A stretch of DNA of 64,000 nt, taken from the NCBI GenBank assembly GCA_964019425.1, contig OZ025787.1:1116001-1180000 (forward strand). The letters are read 5' to 3'. Origin of the DNA: Flectonema sp. DT1601. Its lineage: Eukaryota. The stretch's first letter is position 1; each line of letters opens with the position of its first letter. The notes beneath the pieces are model-generated. The model had not been told where the DNA came from, made no database searches, and worked only from the letters and a program-made list of their open reading frames with translations. This document shows, one piece after another, positions 37,201 through 48,882 of this stretch. Made by a program: the position numbers and the translations under genes.

Positions 37201-39401
37201 TTCAAAAAAGGTTTAATAATTTTGTCCATTTTTTTGGCAAAAGGGAGAGATAAGTCATGGATCATTAAACTCCATGTTAACCTTGACAATAACAAGTGTT
37301 GGACAGACCAAGCCTTCTGAGACCCATATAGTGGCATGGCGTCGACTTTTTTTAAAAAATTCCTGGTAAAAGTGGTCAGGCGCTCTCGCAATTTCTGTTC
37401 TTTGGCGTTCGGCTCAAACCAACGCCCGAGGTATTTGAACTCTCCAGCTTCCTGGAGATTCGTAATCGGAACATTGTTAATCTTCAGGTCCGGGTTAGCT
37501 GGTTTCCCTTGTACAAAGCTGTGGGCAATGCATTTCTGGGGTTTCGCTTTCATACCACGAGACCAGGAAAGAAACTGTTCGAGCGACTTGATTAGCAATT
37601 TTGCCCCCGCCTTTGATGACGTGGTAAGTTGTAAATCATCAGCAAAAGCTGCAACTAATAGTTGGAGGGATTTATTGTTAAACTCGTAGGCTTCCTGTTG
37701 ATGAACTGCTAAGGAAAAGAGCAGTAGTTGGAATACCAAATTAAAAAGGGTTGGGGAGGAAACGCAGCCTTGAAAGACACCAACTTCAAAAGGGATAGTG
37801 GGCGTCAGGCCTTCTCCAACTCTGATTTGGACGCGCATGGAGGAATAATACCTTTTATAGAAACCGATTATTCTTTCGTGAATTCCGAAATATTTTAAAG
37901 CAAAGAAAATTAATTGATGTTTGACTGAGCCGAAAGCATCTGCCAAATCCACCCAGACAATTGTTAGGTTTTTCCGGAGAGCTTTCACTTCTTTAAAAAT
38001 CTCTGAGGTGATCGTGGCATGTTCGATACATCCAGAGACACCTTTCCTAAAGCCTTTTTGAAAATTAAATTTAGAAAGAGTGTGGTTTGCGACGGCTTCC
38101 TGAATAACCGTATTAAAAATTTTCCCGTCGCAGTTGCCCACAGCTATCGGTCTCGTTTTCGAGATGTCTTTCCCATCGGAGTTGGGCTTTGGGAGCATTG
38201 TTACAAATGCTAAGCCCCAACTATCCGGATAGGCCTTGAGTTCGAAAATTCTCTTTAATACCTTGTAAAGTGCTTCCATAAAAGTTGGGACCTTTTTCCA
38301 TACAACATAAGGTATGCAATTGGGACCAGGGGCACATTTGTTTTTTTTCTTTGATAAGAGAATACCAAACTGTTCGAAGCTCGGGAACTGGATATCATCC
38401 ATTGTCTTGTAGTCAGACTTAGGTAAAAAAGAGGGATGGGTGAAATCAGTTTTTTTTTTTTCATTGTCACAATAGTTGTTTTTAAAATGTTCAATTATTT
38501 TTTCCTCTGGAATATCAAGGGAGGGGGGTTGAGGATCTTCTTTTTGGAGTTCTTCTTTTATGGCAGTAAACGGATTTTGACGAAATTTATCTTGTAATTT
38601 TTTGAATAAATTTTTCTTTTCTAAATTCCGATACATTCGGAAAATCCTTTTCATTCTCGTTCTTGCCTCTTTCCATTTGACAGCGTTCTCTATAGAAGGC
38701 CCAGATTTGCGGAGCTCCTGTCTTAGCTGTTTCATTTCCAGACGACATTCAAGTTTTTCTTGGTCGAGGATGACCTCTTCCCTTGATTTCTGTTTGCGGG
38801 GTAAATTCCGCTTTGTTTCTTCAAAGAAACCGCTACATATTTGATAAACCGTTTTGAGTAGTTTATCAAGTTGGTCGGCAGGTTTTGAAGAATTTTCTGT
38901 TTCGACGGTGAAAGTTTGAAGTTTTTCTGCAGCAGAAACGTCGATGTCCTTCCATTCAGTTCCAAAAGATCGGAATTTGAGACGAGACGGGTGTAACGGG
39001 GTAAAAGTGGGTGTTGTAGAGTTATAAGGAACGAAAGCTGTTTGTGAAGTTTTAAAATCTACAGATTCTCCTACAAAGGGAGGTTCCAGGTCTGAATTAT
39101 TCCCTGTGAGGGGAGACAGAGGTGTACCTTTACATGTACCGTTAACACAGTGTTTCGCTCTCGTAGCGATACTTTTGAAAAGCTTACCACATTCTGGACA
39201 AGGTAAGTGGTAACAATCTTTAACTTGGGAGTGGGTAGATGGGGGAAAACGTGACTTATAGTCCTTAAATTCCTTACTAAACTTACAGTTACGTCTAAAA
39301 TGCGCAACTGGACCTTTGAGGTATGTCTCAAAACATAAAGGACATTTGGCTACTAAAGTTTTATCCCCATCCAGAGCCGATCTCGAAATAGCCTCTTGCA
39401 A
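34275..39401 (-). CDS. HERO-like RLE-type non-LTR retrotransposon polyprotein (1708 aa, uninterrupted)
   Basis: N-terminal CPLC/CPEC Zn fingers; RT motifs RPIAV, QKGF, VDLADAFGSV, GVFQG, AFADD, KYLG; knuckle CVLC..LRHVLTGC; RFTWRHD, LRPD, ELTCP, KEKKY, IEVGVRG. The ORF opens at TTG with no nearby in-frame ATG. Confidence 0.95.
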   Translation of the reverse strand: MQEAISRSALDGDKTLVAKCPLCFETYLKGPVAHFRRNCKFSKEFKDYKSRFPPSTHSQVKDCYHLPCPECGKLFKSIATRAKHCVNGTCKGTPLSPLTGNNSDLEPPFVGESVDFKTSQTAFVPYNSTTPTFTPLHPSRLKFRSFGTEWKDIDVSAAEKLQTFTVETENSSKPADQLDKLLKTVYQICSGFFEETKRNLPRKQKSREEVILDQEKLECRLEMKQLRQELRKSGPSIENAVKWKEARTRMKRIFRMYRNLEKKNLFKKLQDKFRQNPFTAIKEELQKEDPQPPSLDIPEEKIIEHFKNNYCDNEKKKTDFTHPSFLPKSDYKTMDDIQFPSFEQFGILLSKKKNKCAPGPNCIPYVVWKKVPTFMEALYKVLKRIFELKAYPDSWGLAFVTMLPKPNSDGKDISKTRPIAVGNCDGKIFNTVIQEAVANHTLSKFNFQKGFRKGVSGCIEHATITSEIFKEVKALRKNLTIVWVDLADAFGSVKHQLIFFALKYFGIHERIIGFYKRYYSSMRVQIRVGEGLTPTIPFEVGVFQGCVSSPTLFNLVFQLLLFSLAVHQQEAYEFNNKSLQLLVAAFADDLQLTTSSKAGAKLLIKSLEQFLSWSRGMKAKPQKCIAHSFVQGKPANPDLKINNVPITNLQEAGEFKYLGRWFEPNAKEQKLRERLTTFTRNFLKKVDAMPLYGSQKAWSVQHLLLSRLTWSLMIHDLSLPFAKKMDKIIKPFLKKWWGFVRSANTVILFTGSKNTVGLRHKRVVTLYKQAQSIKLDILRSSQDSDMHGVYNVIMEKSSNWSKKFSASAEWERLIKFFSYRSLAKQSAGLGHRLRDLRTTRPDLLKRFEVEATDELLNSLNKLQVQGQWKEWSKCMINDFTWNKVLREGNPAYISFQLKAVTNTLPSQDNLKRWNITNVDQNCVLCGKVNPTLRHVLTGCPVSLTQGRFTWRHDSVLKRIVIFLEELIIKANKRKENLPPPSQTFLKTGENKPLERISKETGELSLANDWVILDDVGDNRLIVPLEVCHVSSSLRPDIFIYSFFAKRALILELTCPNEDRFETSHVLKEKKYLKLRDSIIANGFDCNIFTIEVGVRGNICMDQLNIWTRHIGSPLAPTKALFCECTRIARQCSYVLFQTRNLPTWHSRPLMRSIKEEPATASFIKDGKEIFPVEEVKIHKVTKLKTIEKLTIERSWLEKCFIWQTCYASALSILLIANGSSSPAPSVLLDEDELTGLSLSFSSISSISFQTPPPELMSTGSQTLPADFAIVIRTQSDMGSQTPLYKKKEGKLRLKLSLKCQILENELEQMKERIFYVLFLFYFNAMSASLEKDKQLLNGLPVEIKATNQDPSSLPPAPPVLIIEKDRKEYELLEGVIQRLTAERDESKTSLSALVRQYDLVEDYRKRELANLTQRADLSEMALFNYHQRFVLLSNELETKCNEERESKIRLFYTQQEVESLRAARPRMTHFSQQVSPRTPVLYESVAMMKIAKNYLSLFTTTSSLFTPLIKPLIPTLNYITPLCPLASIPPTMPQSEALDRTPTKILRQESHVISVKENTPIARQWSEGRIDLLENYCRAVDDSLETNEKAAELSEQLLDAQLRLSELNHQRCTTHAEQLEQSMMLTGLASDLNAQLALARSQIAALKFQLASWAEGLSPPDTEEHEENETPPRKSERSTLKKRTPPSRYRYNRRRCSADDVHGDSTPL

Positions 39402-39844
39402 AGCCTCGGGGGCTGGGTTGGCTGAGAGATGGTTGCCAGTATCTTTATGACACCGCCGGCCCGGTGTTTCTTTTTTTTTTTGTTGTGAAGTAGCAATAAT
39501 AAAAAAAAAAAAAAATAGAAAAGAGAATGGCTCAGAAACAATATCGATGAGTTAAGATCTTTTTTTTTAAACTATTCCTTTTTTTTTAATTTCGGGCAGC
39601 TAACCCTAGAGTTTTTTTTGGTAAATACTGTTTAAAGGAAAACGAGCTACGCTCTAAAACAGAAAAATCGGAGTAACTACTTGTTTATAATATATATTTT
39701 GATAAATAATGTGGTTGGCAAATGAATGCCGAAGAGGCAACTTGAGAAAAGCAATTGGATGAGAAGAAACATTGGGTCTTATAAAGCAAAGTAGATAGAG
39801 GGGCCTAAAAAGACCGCAGAGTGGATAGCTCCACAAAAGGCTGA

Positions 39845-40238
39845 ATTTCGATAAGTGGGAAGTAACGGACTGGGAGCTTTTGGCTCCTGCCCTATTCCCG
39901 ACGTAAACTTTCTTTTTATTTTTTTTTTTTTTTTAACAGGCCCAAAGGGCGACAATGATGGTTGCTGACCAAGGAATAATATTCAAATGAATTTTCGTTT
40001 CAAAGAAACGAACAGAATTAAGAGAGAGGTAGAGAAAAAAAAAAAAAAAAAAAAAAAGAAAGAATAGAAAAAAAATATGAAGAGGAAATAATCAAACATG
40101 AAAAAAAAAAAAAAAAATAAAATATAAATAAAAAACGTTGTATGAAAAAGGAAAAAAAGAAAAAAAAAAGACCAGAAAAGGAAAGAGAAAATGAAAAGGT
40201 ATAATATTATTGTGGGGATATGAGGATAGCAGGGAGAT

Positions 40239-40276
<38 letters not shown>

Positions 40277-40529
40277 TTATTATTTAAAAAAAGGAAACAA
40301 TCAGTTTAGCGTCTCGATCAGGACGGAAAATAGAAATTAATCGACATAGTCGATCGATAGAAAAAAAACAATGATAACATTGTTTATTCCTTTTTTTTTT
40401 TTTTTTTTTTATTCTTTTTATTTATTTTTAAAGAAAAAACAATCAGTTTAGCGTCCTGACCAGGACGGAAAATTGAAAGTGATCCACATAGTCGATCGAT
40501 AGAAAAAAGACAATGATAACATTGTTTAT

Positions 40530-40562
<33 letters not shown>

Positions 40563-40954
40563 CTTTTAATTATTTTAAAGAAAAAACAATCAGTTTAGCG
40601 TCTTGACCAGGACGGAAAATAGAAAGTGATCGACATAGTCGATCGATAAAAAACAATGATAACATTGTTTATTCCTTTTTTTTTTCTTTTTTTTTTATTC
40701 TTTTTATTTATTTTTAAAGAAAAAACAATCAGTTTAGCGTCCTGACCAGGACGGAAAATAGAAAGTAATCGACATAGTCGATCGATAAAAAAAAAACAAT
40801 GATAACATTGTTTATTCCTTTTTTTTTTCTTTTTTTTTATTCTTTTTATTTATTTTTAAAGAAAAAACAATCAGTTTAGCGTCCTGACCAGGACGGAAAA
40901 TTGAAAGTGATCGACATAGTCGATCGATAAAAAAACAATGATAACATTGTTTAT

Positions 40955-40985
<31 letters not shown>

Positions 40986-41759
40986 CCTTTTAATTATTTT
41001 TTAAAGAAAAAACAATCAGTTTAGCGTCTTGACCAGGACGGAAAATAGAAAGTGATCGACATAGTCGATCGATAAAAAACAATGATAACATTGTTTATTC
41101 TTTTTTTTTTTTTTTTTTTTTTTTAATCCTTTTTATTATTTTAAAGAAAAAACAATCAGTTTAGCGTCTTGACCAGGACGGAAAATAGAAAGTGATCGAC
41201 ATAGTCGATCGATAAAAAAACAATGATAACATTGTTTATTCTTTTTTTTTTTTTTTTTTTAAATTCTTTTTATTTATTTTTAAAGAAAAAAAACGGAAAA
41301 TAAAAATTAGTCGACAAAGTCGAACGATAAAAAAAAACAATGATAACATTGTTTATTCTTTTTTTTTTTGTTTTTTTTTATATTCTTTTTTATTAATTTT
41401 GAAAAAAAAACAATCAGTTTAGCGTCTTGACCAGGACGGAAAATAGAAAGTAATCGACATAGTCGATCGATAAAAAAAACAATGATAACATTGTTTACTC
41501 TTTTTTTTTTTTTTTTTTAAATTCTTTTTATTTTAAAAAGAAAAAAAACGGAAAATAGAAATTAGTCAACAAAGTCGAACGATAAAAAAAAAAACAATGA
41601 TAACATTGTTTATTCTTTTTTTTTTATTTTTTTTTTTATATTCTTTTTTATTAATTTTGAAAAAAAAAACAATCAGTTTAGCGTCTTGACCAGGACGGAA
41701 AATAGAAAGTGATCGACATAGTCGATCGATAAAAAAAAAACAATGATAACATTGTTTAT

Positions 41760-41796
<37 letters not shown>

Positions 41797-44700
41797 CTTT
41801 TTTTTTTTTTAAAGAAAAAACAATCAGTTTAGCGTCTTGACCAGGACGGAAAATAGAAAGTAATCGACATAGTCGATCGATAAAAAAAACAATGATAACA
41901 TTGTTTATTCTTTTTTTTTTTTTTTTTAAATCTTTTTATTTATTTTTTAAAAAGAAAAAAAAAAAACGGAAAATAGAAATTAGTCAACAACGTCGAACGA
42001 TAAAAAAAAAAACAATGATAACATTGTTTATTCTTTTTTTTTTTATTTTTTTTTGTATTCTTTTTTATTAATTTTGAAAAAAAAACAATCAGTTTTGCGT
42101 CTTGACCAGGACGGAAAATAGAAAGTGATCGACATAGTCGATCGATAAAAAAACAATGATAACATTGTTTATTCTTTTTTTTTTTTTTTTTTTTTTTAAA
42201 TCCTTTTTATTATTTTTAAAGAAAAAACAATCAGTTTAGCGTCTTGACCAGGACGAAAAATAGAAAGTGATCGACATAGTCGATCGATAAAAAAACAATG
42301 ATAACATTGTTTATTCTTTTTTTTTTTTTTCTTCTTTTTTTTAAATCCTTCTTTTTATTTTTTAAAGAAAAAACAATCAGTTTAGCGTCTTGACCAGGAC
42401 GGAAAATAGAAAGTAATCGACATAGTCGATCGATAAAATAAAAACAATGATAACATTGTTTATTCCTTTTTTTTTTTTTTTTATTCTTTTTATTTATTTT
42501 TAAAGAAAAAAACGGAAAATAGAAAGTAATCGACATAGTCGATCGATAAAAAAACAATGATAACATTGTTTATTCTTTTTTTTTTTTTTTTTTTTTTAAA
42601 TTCTTTTTATTTATTTTTTAAGAAAAAAACGGAGAATAGAAATTAGTCGACAAAGTCGAACGATAAAAAAACAATGATAACATTGTTTATTCTTTTTTTT
42701 ATTTTTTTTTTTATATTCTTTTTTATTAATTTTGAAAAAAAAAAAAAAACAATCAGTTTAGCGTCTTGACCAGGACGGAAAATAGAAAGTAATCGACATA
42801 GTCGATCGATAAAAATACAATGATAACATTGTTTAATCTTTTATAATTTTTTATTTTTTTTTTTGTTTTAAAAAAAAAAAAAAAAAACAAGCGGAATTGA
42901 TCATAATGGGTGGTAGGGGTTGTTATAACTTCGTTTGAAAATTCTTCTTTTTTGATTTCTTTTTTTTTTTCTTTTTACAGGAGTTAAGATCACTTTCAGG
43001 AGACAACACATTAACAAGAGCAGCAAGCAGAGTTGACACTATCAATTCAAATTTGAAATACCGGGAATTAATTTACAAGGAGGTATCTCAAGTGACTTGG
43101 TATCTCTAGCGTGTCGGTATCTCTGGAGTGCTGGTATCTCGTATGTGCGTTGGTATCTCATGAGTGATGGTATCTCTTGTGCATTAGAGAAACGAAAAAG
43201 AATGTCATGACCATGACGGAAGAATTGAGGAATTGAGTTAACATGTTCAATTTAACTTATTTAAACTTTTTTTTTTTTTTTAACAGACCGTAACTATTTG
43301 AAAATAAAATGTAGATGGGAAACAGTGAAAAGTAAAATGGATGATAAAATTAAATGAGAAATATGACATAACAGACCAGATAGAGAGTATTAAAAGGAAA
43401 TTGAAAAGGAAAAGAGAAACTAGGTTAACACTTATTTAAAATTAAGACCGGTTAGTCAGTTTAAGGTCTTGACTAGGACCAACAAAAAAGAAAGAAAAAA
43501 AAATTTAACGATCAAGCTGAGCTGATCTTGTTTTTATTACAAATAGGGGAGCGGGAGGGATGGAAGGAATAGAGGAAAAAAAAAAGAAAAGGTTGATCAA
43601 TTGGATCTGATCGTCGAGAAGAGGAAATTTTTTTAAAGGTTGATCGGTATAGCCGATCGTTGAGAAAAATAAACAGATATAAATACAATCAGTTTAAATT
43701 AAAAAAAGAAAAAAAGATTAACGATCAAGCTGAGCTGATCTTGTTTTTATTACAAATAGGGGAGCGGGAGGGATGGAAGGAATAGAGGAAAAAAAAAGAA
43801 AAGGTTGATCAATTGGATCTGATCGTCGAGAAGAAGAAATTATTTTAAAGGTTGATCGGTATAGCCGATCGTCGAGAAAAATAAACAGATATAAATACAA
43901 TCAGTTTAAATTAAAAAAAGAAAAAAAGATTAACGATCAAGCTGAGCTGATCTTGTTTTTATTTAAAATTAGGGGAGCGGGAGGGATGGAAGGAATAAAG
44001 GAAAAAAAAAAAAAAAAAAAGGTCGATCAATTGGATCTGATCGTCGAGAAGAAGAAAACAATTATTTATAAAAAAAAAATGGTCGGTATAGCCGATCGTT
44101 GAGAAAAGAACAGATATAAATACAATCGGTTTTGGTGATCGACGAGTGGAGCGATCACTTGACAAGAAGGAAAAAGAAAGGACCGATTAATTGGGGCTTT
44201 GATTGTATTCCCAAGGCATGTTTTTTTTTTTTTTTTTTTTATTATTCATTTACATTATTATTTTTTTTTTTTTTTTTTAAATTAATAATCACATTTTGTT
44301 CAAAAATATTTCATATTAGAGTAAAAGAAAAAGAAAAAAAGAAATAAGAGAAAAAAAAAAAAAAAAAAAACCATTGCTGGCCCCCTCACCACTCATAGAG
44401 GATGAGGAGGCCAGTAAGGCGTCACTCAAATCTATGCCAAGCCTTGGGAACTTGGATTGGGGTTTAGACCATTTATAATTAACAATTAACAATTAACCTG
44501 ATTAACGTTATGATCTGACGGACATAAACATATCGATAAAATAATACAAACAAAAACGAACAATAAATAATAAATAAGCTAAAAAACTAACTAAACAAAG
44601 TGATGTGAAAGTAAGGAAAAAGAGAATTACAAGGGGGTGGAGTCACCGTGAACGTCATCAGCAGAACATCTCCTTCGATTGTAACGATATCTTGATGGAG

Positions 44701-45713
44701 GGGTTCGTTTTTTCAGAGTTGAACGCTCAGACTTTCTCGGCGGAGTTTCATTTTCCTCATGTTCTTCTGTGTCTGGCGGACTCAAACCTTCTGCCCATGA
44801 AGCTAATTGGAACTTCAGGGCCGCAATTTGAGACCGTGCCAAGGCGAGTTGAGCATTTAAATCGCTCGCCAGTCCCGTTAACATCATGGATTGCTCAAGC
44901 TGCTCTGCGTGAGTTGTACACCGTTGGTGATTCAGCTCCGAGAGGCGAAGTTGGGCATCCAGAAGTTGTTCTGAGAGCTCTGCCGCTTTCTCGTTTGTTT
45001 CGAGAGAGTCATCTACTGCTCGACAGTAGTTCTCGAGTAAGTCAATCCTACCCTCGGACCATTGTCTCGCAATAGGTGTATTCTCTTTAACGGAGATAAC
45101 GTGACTCTCTTGTCGTAAAATCTTGGTCGGCGTGCGGTCGAGAGCTTCACTCTGCGGCATTGTCGGAGGAATTGAGGCTAGAGGACAAAGAGGGGTGATA
45201 TAATTAAGGGTAGGGATAAGGGGTTTAATAAGAGGAGTAAAAAGACTACTCGTAGTTGTAAAGAGCGAGAGGTAGTTCTTTGCTATCTTCATCATAGCAA
45301 CAGATTCATACAGAACGGGGGTTCGGGGGGAAACTTGTTGACTAAAGTGGGTCATACGGGGACGCGCGGCACGCAAACTCTCGACCTCCTGTTGAGTATA
45401 GAAAAGTCTTATTTTACTTTCTCTTTCCTCATTACATTTGGTCTCCAATTCGTTCGACAGAAGAACAAACCTTTGATGGTAATTAAAGAGCGCCATTTCC
45501 GATAGGTCTGCTCTCTGAGTCAGATTTGCGAGCTCACGTTTCCTGTAATCTTCCACTAAGTCATATTGTCGAACTAGTGCAGAAAGAGAAGTCTTCGATT
45601 CATCGCGTTCTGCTGTTAACCGTTGAATTACTCCTTCCAGAAGTTCATATTCTTTTCTATCTTTTTCAATAATTAAAACAGGGGGCGCAGGAGGAAGTGA
45701 GGATGGATCCTGG
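39845..45713 (-). repeat. Second, truncated tandem copy of the ~10.35-kb unit of E plus HERO
   Basis: Offset of 10351-10357 bp from copy 1; ORF 44627-45713 matches the C-terminal part of the 1708-aa protein. Confidence 0.93.
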
Positions 45714-45917
45714 AAGTCACCCAACTGAGTCCCTGTGTCGCCCTGTACTTGAGACGAGAACAACCTTCCTCCGGCGCACCGAAATCAAGATGGAAACCAG
45801 CACCCTTTGACAGGAAACCAACCTTCTACTACGGAGTTGCGGAAGGCAGATCCCCAGGAGTGTACACCACGTGGGAGGAAACGAAGAGGGAGGTGTCCAA
45901 CTATAGGGGCGCCGTCC
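45713..45917 (+). pseudogene. Displaced CRE ORF piece: end of the USP domain plus an RNase H1 N-terminal hybrid-binding (Cauli_VI) domain
   Basis: Translates EVTQLSPCVALYLRREQPSSGAPKSRWKPAPFDRKPTFYYGVAEGRSPGVYTTWEETKREVSNYRGAVQ. Absent from the ORF track. Confidence 0.8.
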
Positions 45918-47579
45918 AGGACTGAGTTGAATTTCCAGGTGAGATTTGGACTGTTAGCTTTTGGCTAAGGCCCTCCCTGAAGAGCAAGAACAAAAAAACT
46001 ACTCACACCTGAAGAAAACATACACAAAGAACACACTGTAAGCTGTGTGTGTATTTTGTGTTTGTCACAACAGGAGAGAAAAGAAAGAATGTCAAGGTTG
46101 GTCACCTTGCCTATCAACGCACAACATTGGTGGTCTCTACTAGACCCTGAGTGATCCCACTGGATCTCTCATCGTTCATAGTACCCTGTGTGAAGTTATA
46201 AAATCAAAGGTAAACTATGAACTACAAATGACTTAGCCTGTTATTATAATGCCACAGGCAGGCCCTGCATTCAGCAACTATCCAGCAGTGCTTGGATGTC
46301 CTGATCTTCTTCTAAAAAAAAGAAAGAAAAACAAAACTGTAGCTGGGATCACTCAGGATCAACAGACTACCAATGCTACCTGTTGTACTTGCTCACTATG
46401 GGGGGTGATGCCAAACACCCAGAAGTACTAAACTACTTTCCTTCTTGCTGCCCAGGAGTTTCTGACCAGAACTAATAGAAAATAAAAAGTAGATGGGAAA
46501 CAATAAAAAGTAAAATGGATATAACTGAAGTTAAACAAGACAAATGAAGTAACAGACCAGAACAGAAAGAGAATTGTAATAGAAGATTACAAAAAAGAAA
46601 ATGCAAGTATCAACACATAATCAAGATACACCAGCAGCTAACAAACAACATAAAATTGAAGATCAGTTGCCAGAGTATTTCAACCATGGTAGAATACTCG
46701 CCCCTCTGGCAGGGATTATCCCAGACTTGTCCTTTAATCTAGTTGGACACCATGGCTTACAACCCTTCCAGAGGGAAGCACCATTATGACTTCTATTTTT
46801 TTTCTTCAAGAAAATCATAAGGTGGGAACAAAGAAAAATGCTAAGAGGAACCCCTTATTAACACCTAAGACATCTAAACTGCAGCCCAGCTTATGCCCAA
46901 TGCACTAACAGGTCATTCCCTCACACTCAGATCAAAAAATCAAAGTTCAGAGTGCATCTTAGCGTGAATGAGAGAATTTCCTCCCGCTTATTTTGAACAA
47001 AAGGGATAGGAGAAGGGATAGAAAACGAACATAACAATAAGATTCTAAGTGAGAAACACTTAGCAGAAACACTTAGCAGCTTTTAAGGAGCTGAAAAGCA
47101 AAAAAAAAATCTAAGTGAGAAACACTTAGTAGAAACAATTTGTAGCTAATTAAGCTGAAAATAAAAAAATAAAAAAAATTTCTAAGTGAGAAATACTTAG
47201 CAACTTTTAGAACAAATATTTCAGTAAATAACCTGTAATGATTAAACCATTACAAGTTTGATGCCAAAACTGACAAGGACTGAGTTGAATTTCCAGGTGA
47301 GATTTGGACTGTTAGCTTTTGGCTAAGGCCCTCCCTGAAGAGCAAGAACAAAAAAACTACTCACACCTGAAGAAAACATACACAAAGAACACACTGTAAG
47401 CTGTGTGTGTATTTTGTGTTTGTCACAACAGGAGAGAAAAGAAAGAATGTCAAGGTTGGTCACCTTGCCTATCAACGCACAACATTGGTGGTCTCTACTA
47501 GACCCTGAGTGATCCCACTGGATCTCTCATCGTTCATAGTACCCTGTGTGAAGTTATAAAATCAAAGGTAAACTATGAA
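45918..47579 (-). mobile_element. Family R1: 1358-bp unit plus a partial unit that resumes at 54653-54816
   Basis: Termini at 45929 and 47287. R1 sequence aactatgaa|ctacaaatg is split between 47579 and 54653. Confidence 0.9.
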
Positions 47580-48320
47580 TTTCTATCGATCAACTATGTC
47601 GATTAATTTCTATTTTCCGTCCTGATCGAGACGCTAAACTGATTGTTTCCTTTTTTTAAATAATAAATACTGCAACTGGAAATATTACTGCGCTGAATAA
47701 TTACTGCGGGGAAATATTTCTGCGCGGAAAAATTAGTGCGGTTTTTTTGAGAAAAAATTAGTGCGGTTTTTTCCACTTGGTGGTAGAAAAAAATTTGGTT
47801 GCTTTTTTGCTGTGTAAGGCACCAGCAGAAAAATGCAGCTGGAAAAAAGTCAATTCTGAGTAGAAATATTAGTGCGGTGGAAATATTACTGCGTGGAAAA
47901 ATTAGTGCGGTTTTTTGCAGATTTGGAAATTAGTGCGGTTTTTTCTGCGCAGTAATATTTCCAGTTGCAGTAAGAAAAAAAAAAAAAAAAAAAAAAAGAG
48001 CATCTCCCTGCTATCCCTCATATCCCCACAATAATATTATACCTTTTCATTTTCTCTTTCCTTTTCTGGTCTTTTTTTTTTCTTTTTTTTCCTTTTTCAT
48101 ACAACGTTTTTTATTTATATATATATATTTTTTTTTTTTTTTTTTTTCATGTTTGATTATTTCCTCTTCATTTTTTTTTCTTTTCTTTTCTTTCTTTTTT
48201 TTTTTTTTTCCTCTGCCTCTCTCTTAATTCTGTTCGTTTCTTTGAAACGAAAATTCATTTGAATATTATTCCTTGGTCAGCAACCATCATTGTCGCCCTT
48301 TGGGCCTGTTAAAAAAAAAT
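47580..48320 (+). repeat. Inverted E fragment forming a fold-back with 48400-48823
   Basis: Reverse complement of 48400-48823 once the MITE at 47670-47970 is removed. Confidence 0.88.
47670..47970. mobile_element. 301-bp MITE with TA TSD (Tc1/mariner type)
   Basis: Perfect 24-bp TIR CTGCAACTGGAAATATTACTGCGC flanked by TA; internal aaattagtgcgg repeats. Confidence 0.93.
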
Positions 48321-48847
48321 GAATTTCGATAAAGTGGGAAGTAACGGACTGGGAGCTTTTGGCTCCTGCCCTATTCCCGATGTAAACTTTCTTTTTATTT
48401 TTTATTTTTTTTAACAGGCCCAAAGGGCGACAATGATGGTTGCTGACCAAGGAATAATATTCAAATGAATTTTCGTTTCAAAGAAACGAACAGAATTGAG
48501 AGAGAGGCAGAGAAAAAAAAAAAAAAAAAAAAAAGAAAGAATAGAAAAAGAAAAATATGAAGAGGAAATAATCAAACATGAAAAAAAAAAAAAAAAAAAA
48601 TATAAATAAAAAACGTTGTATGAAAAAGGAAAAAAAGAAAAAAAAAAGACCAGAAAAGGAAAGAGAAAATGAAAAGGTATAATATTATTGTGGGGATATG
48701 AGGATAGCAGGGAGATGCTCTTTTTTTTTTTTTTTTTTATTATTTAAAAAAAGGAAACAATCAGTTTAGCGTCTCGATCAGGACGGAAAATAGAAATTAA
48801 TCGACATAGTCGATCGATAGAAAAAAAAAAAATGATAACATTGTTTA

Positions 48848-48882
<35 letters not shown>

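Noticed and set aside
44627..45763. 378-aa standalone coiled-coil gene
   Set aside because: It is the truncated duplicate of the HERO-like C-terminus with a chance start in the adjacent fragment.
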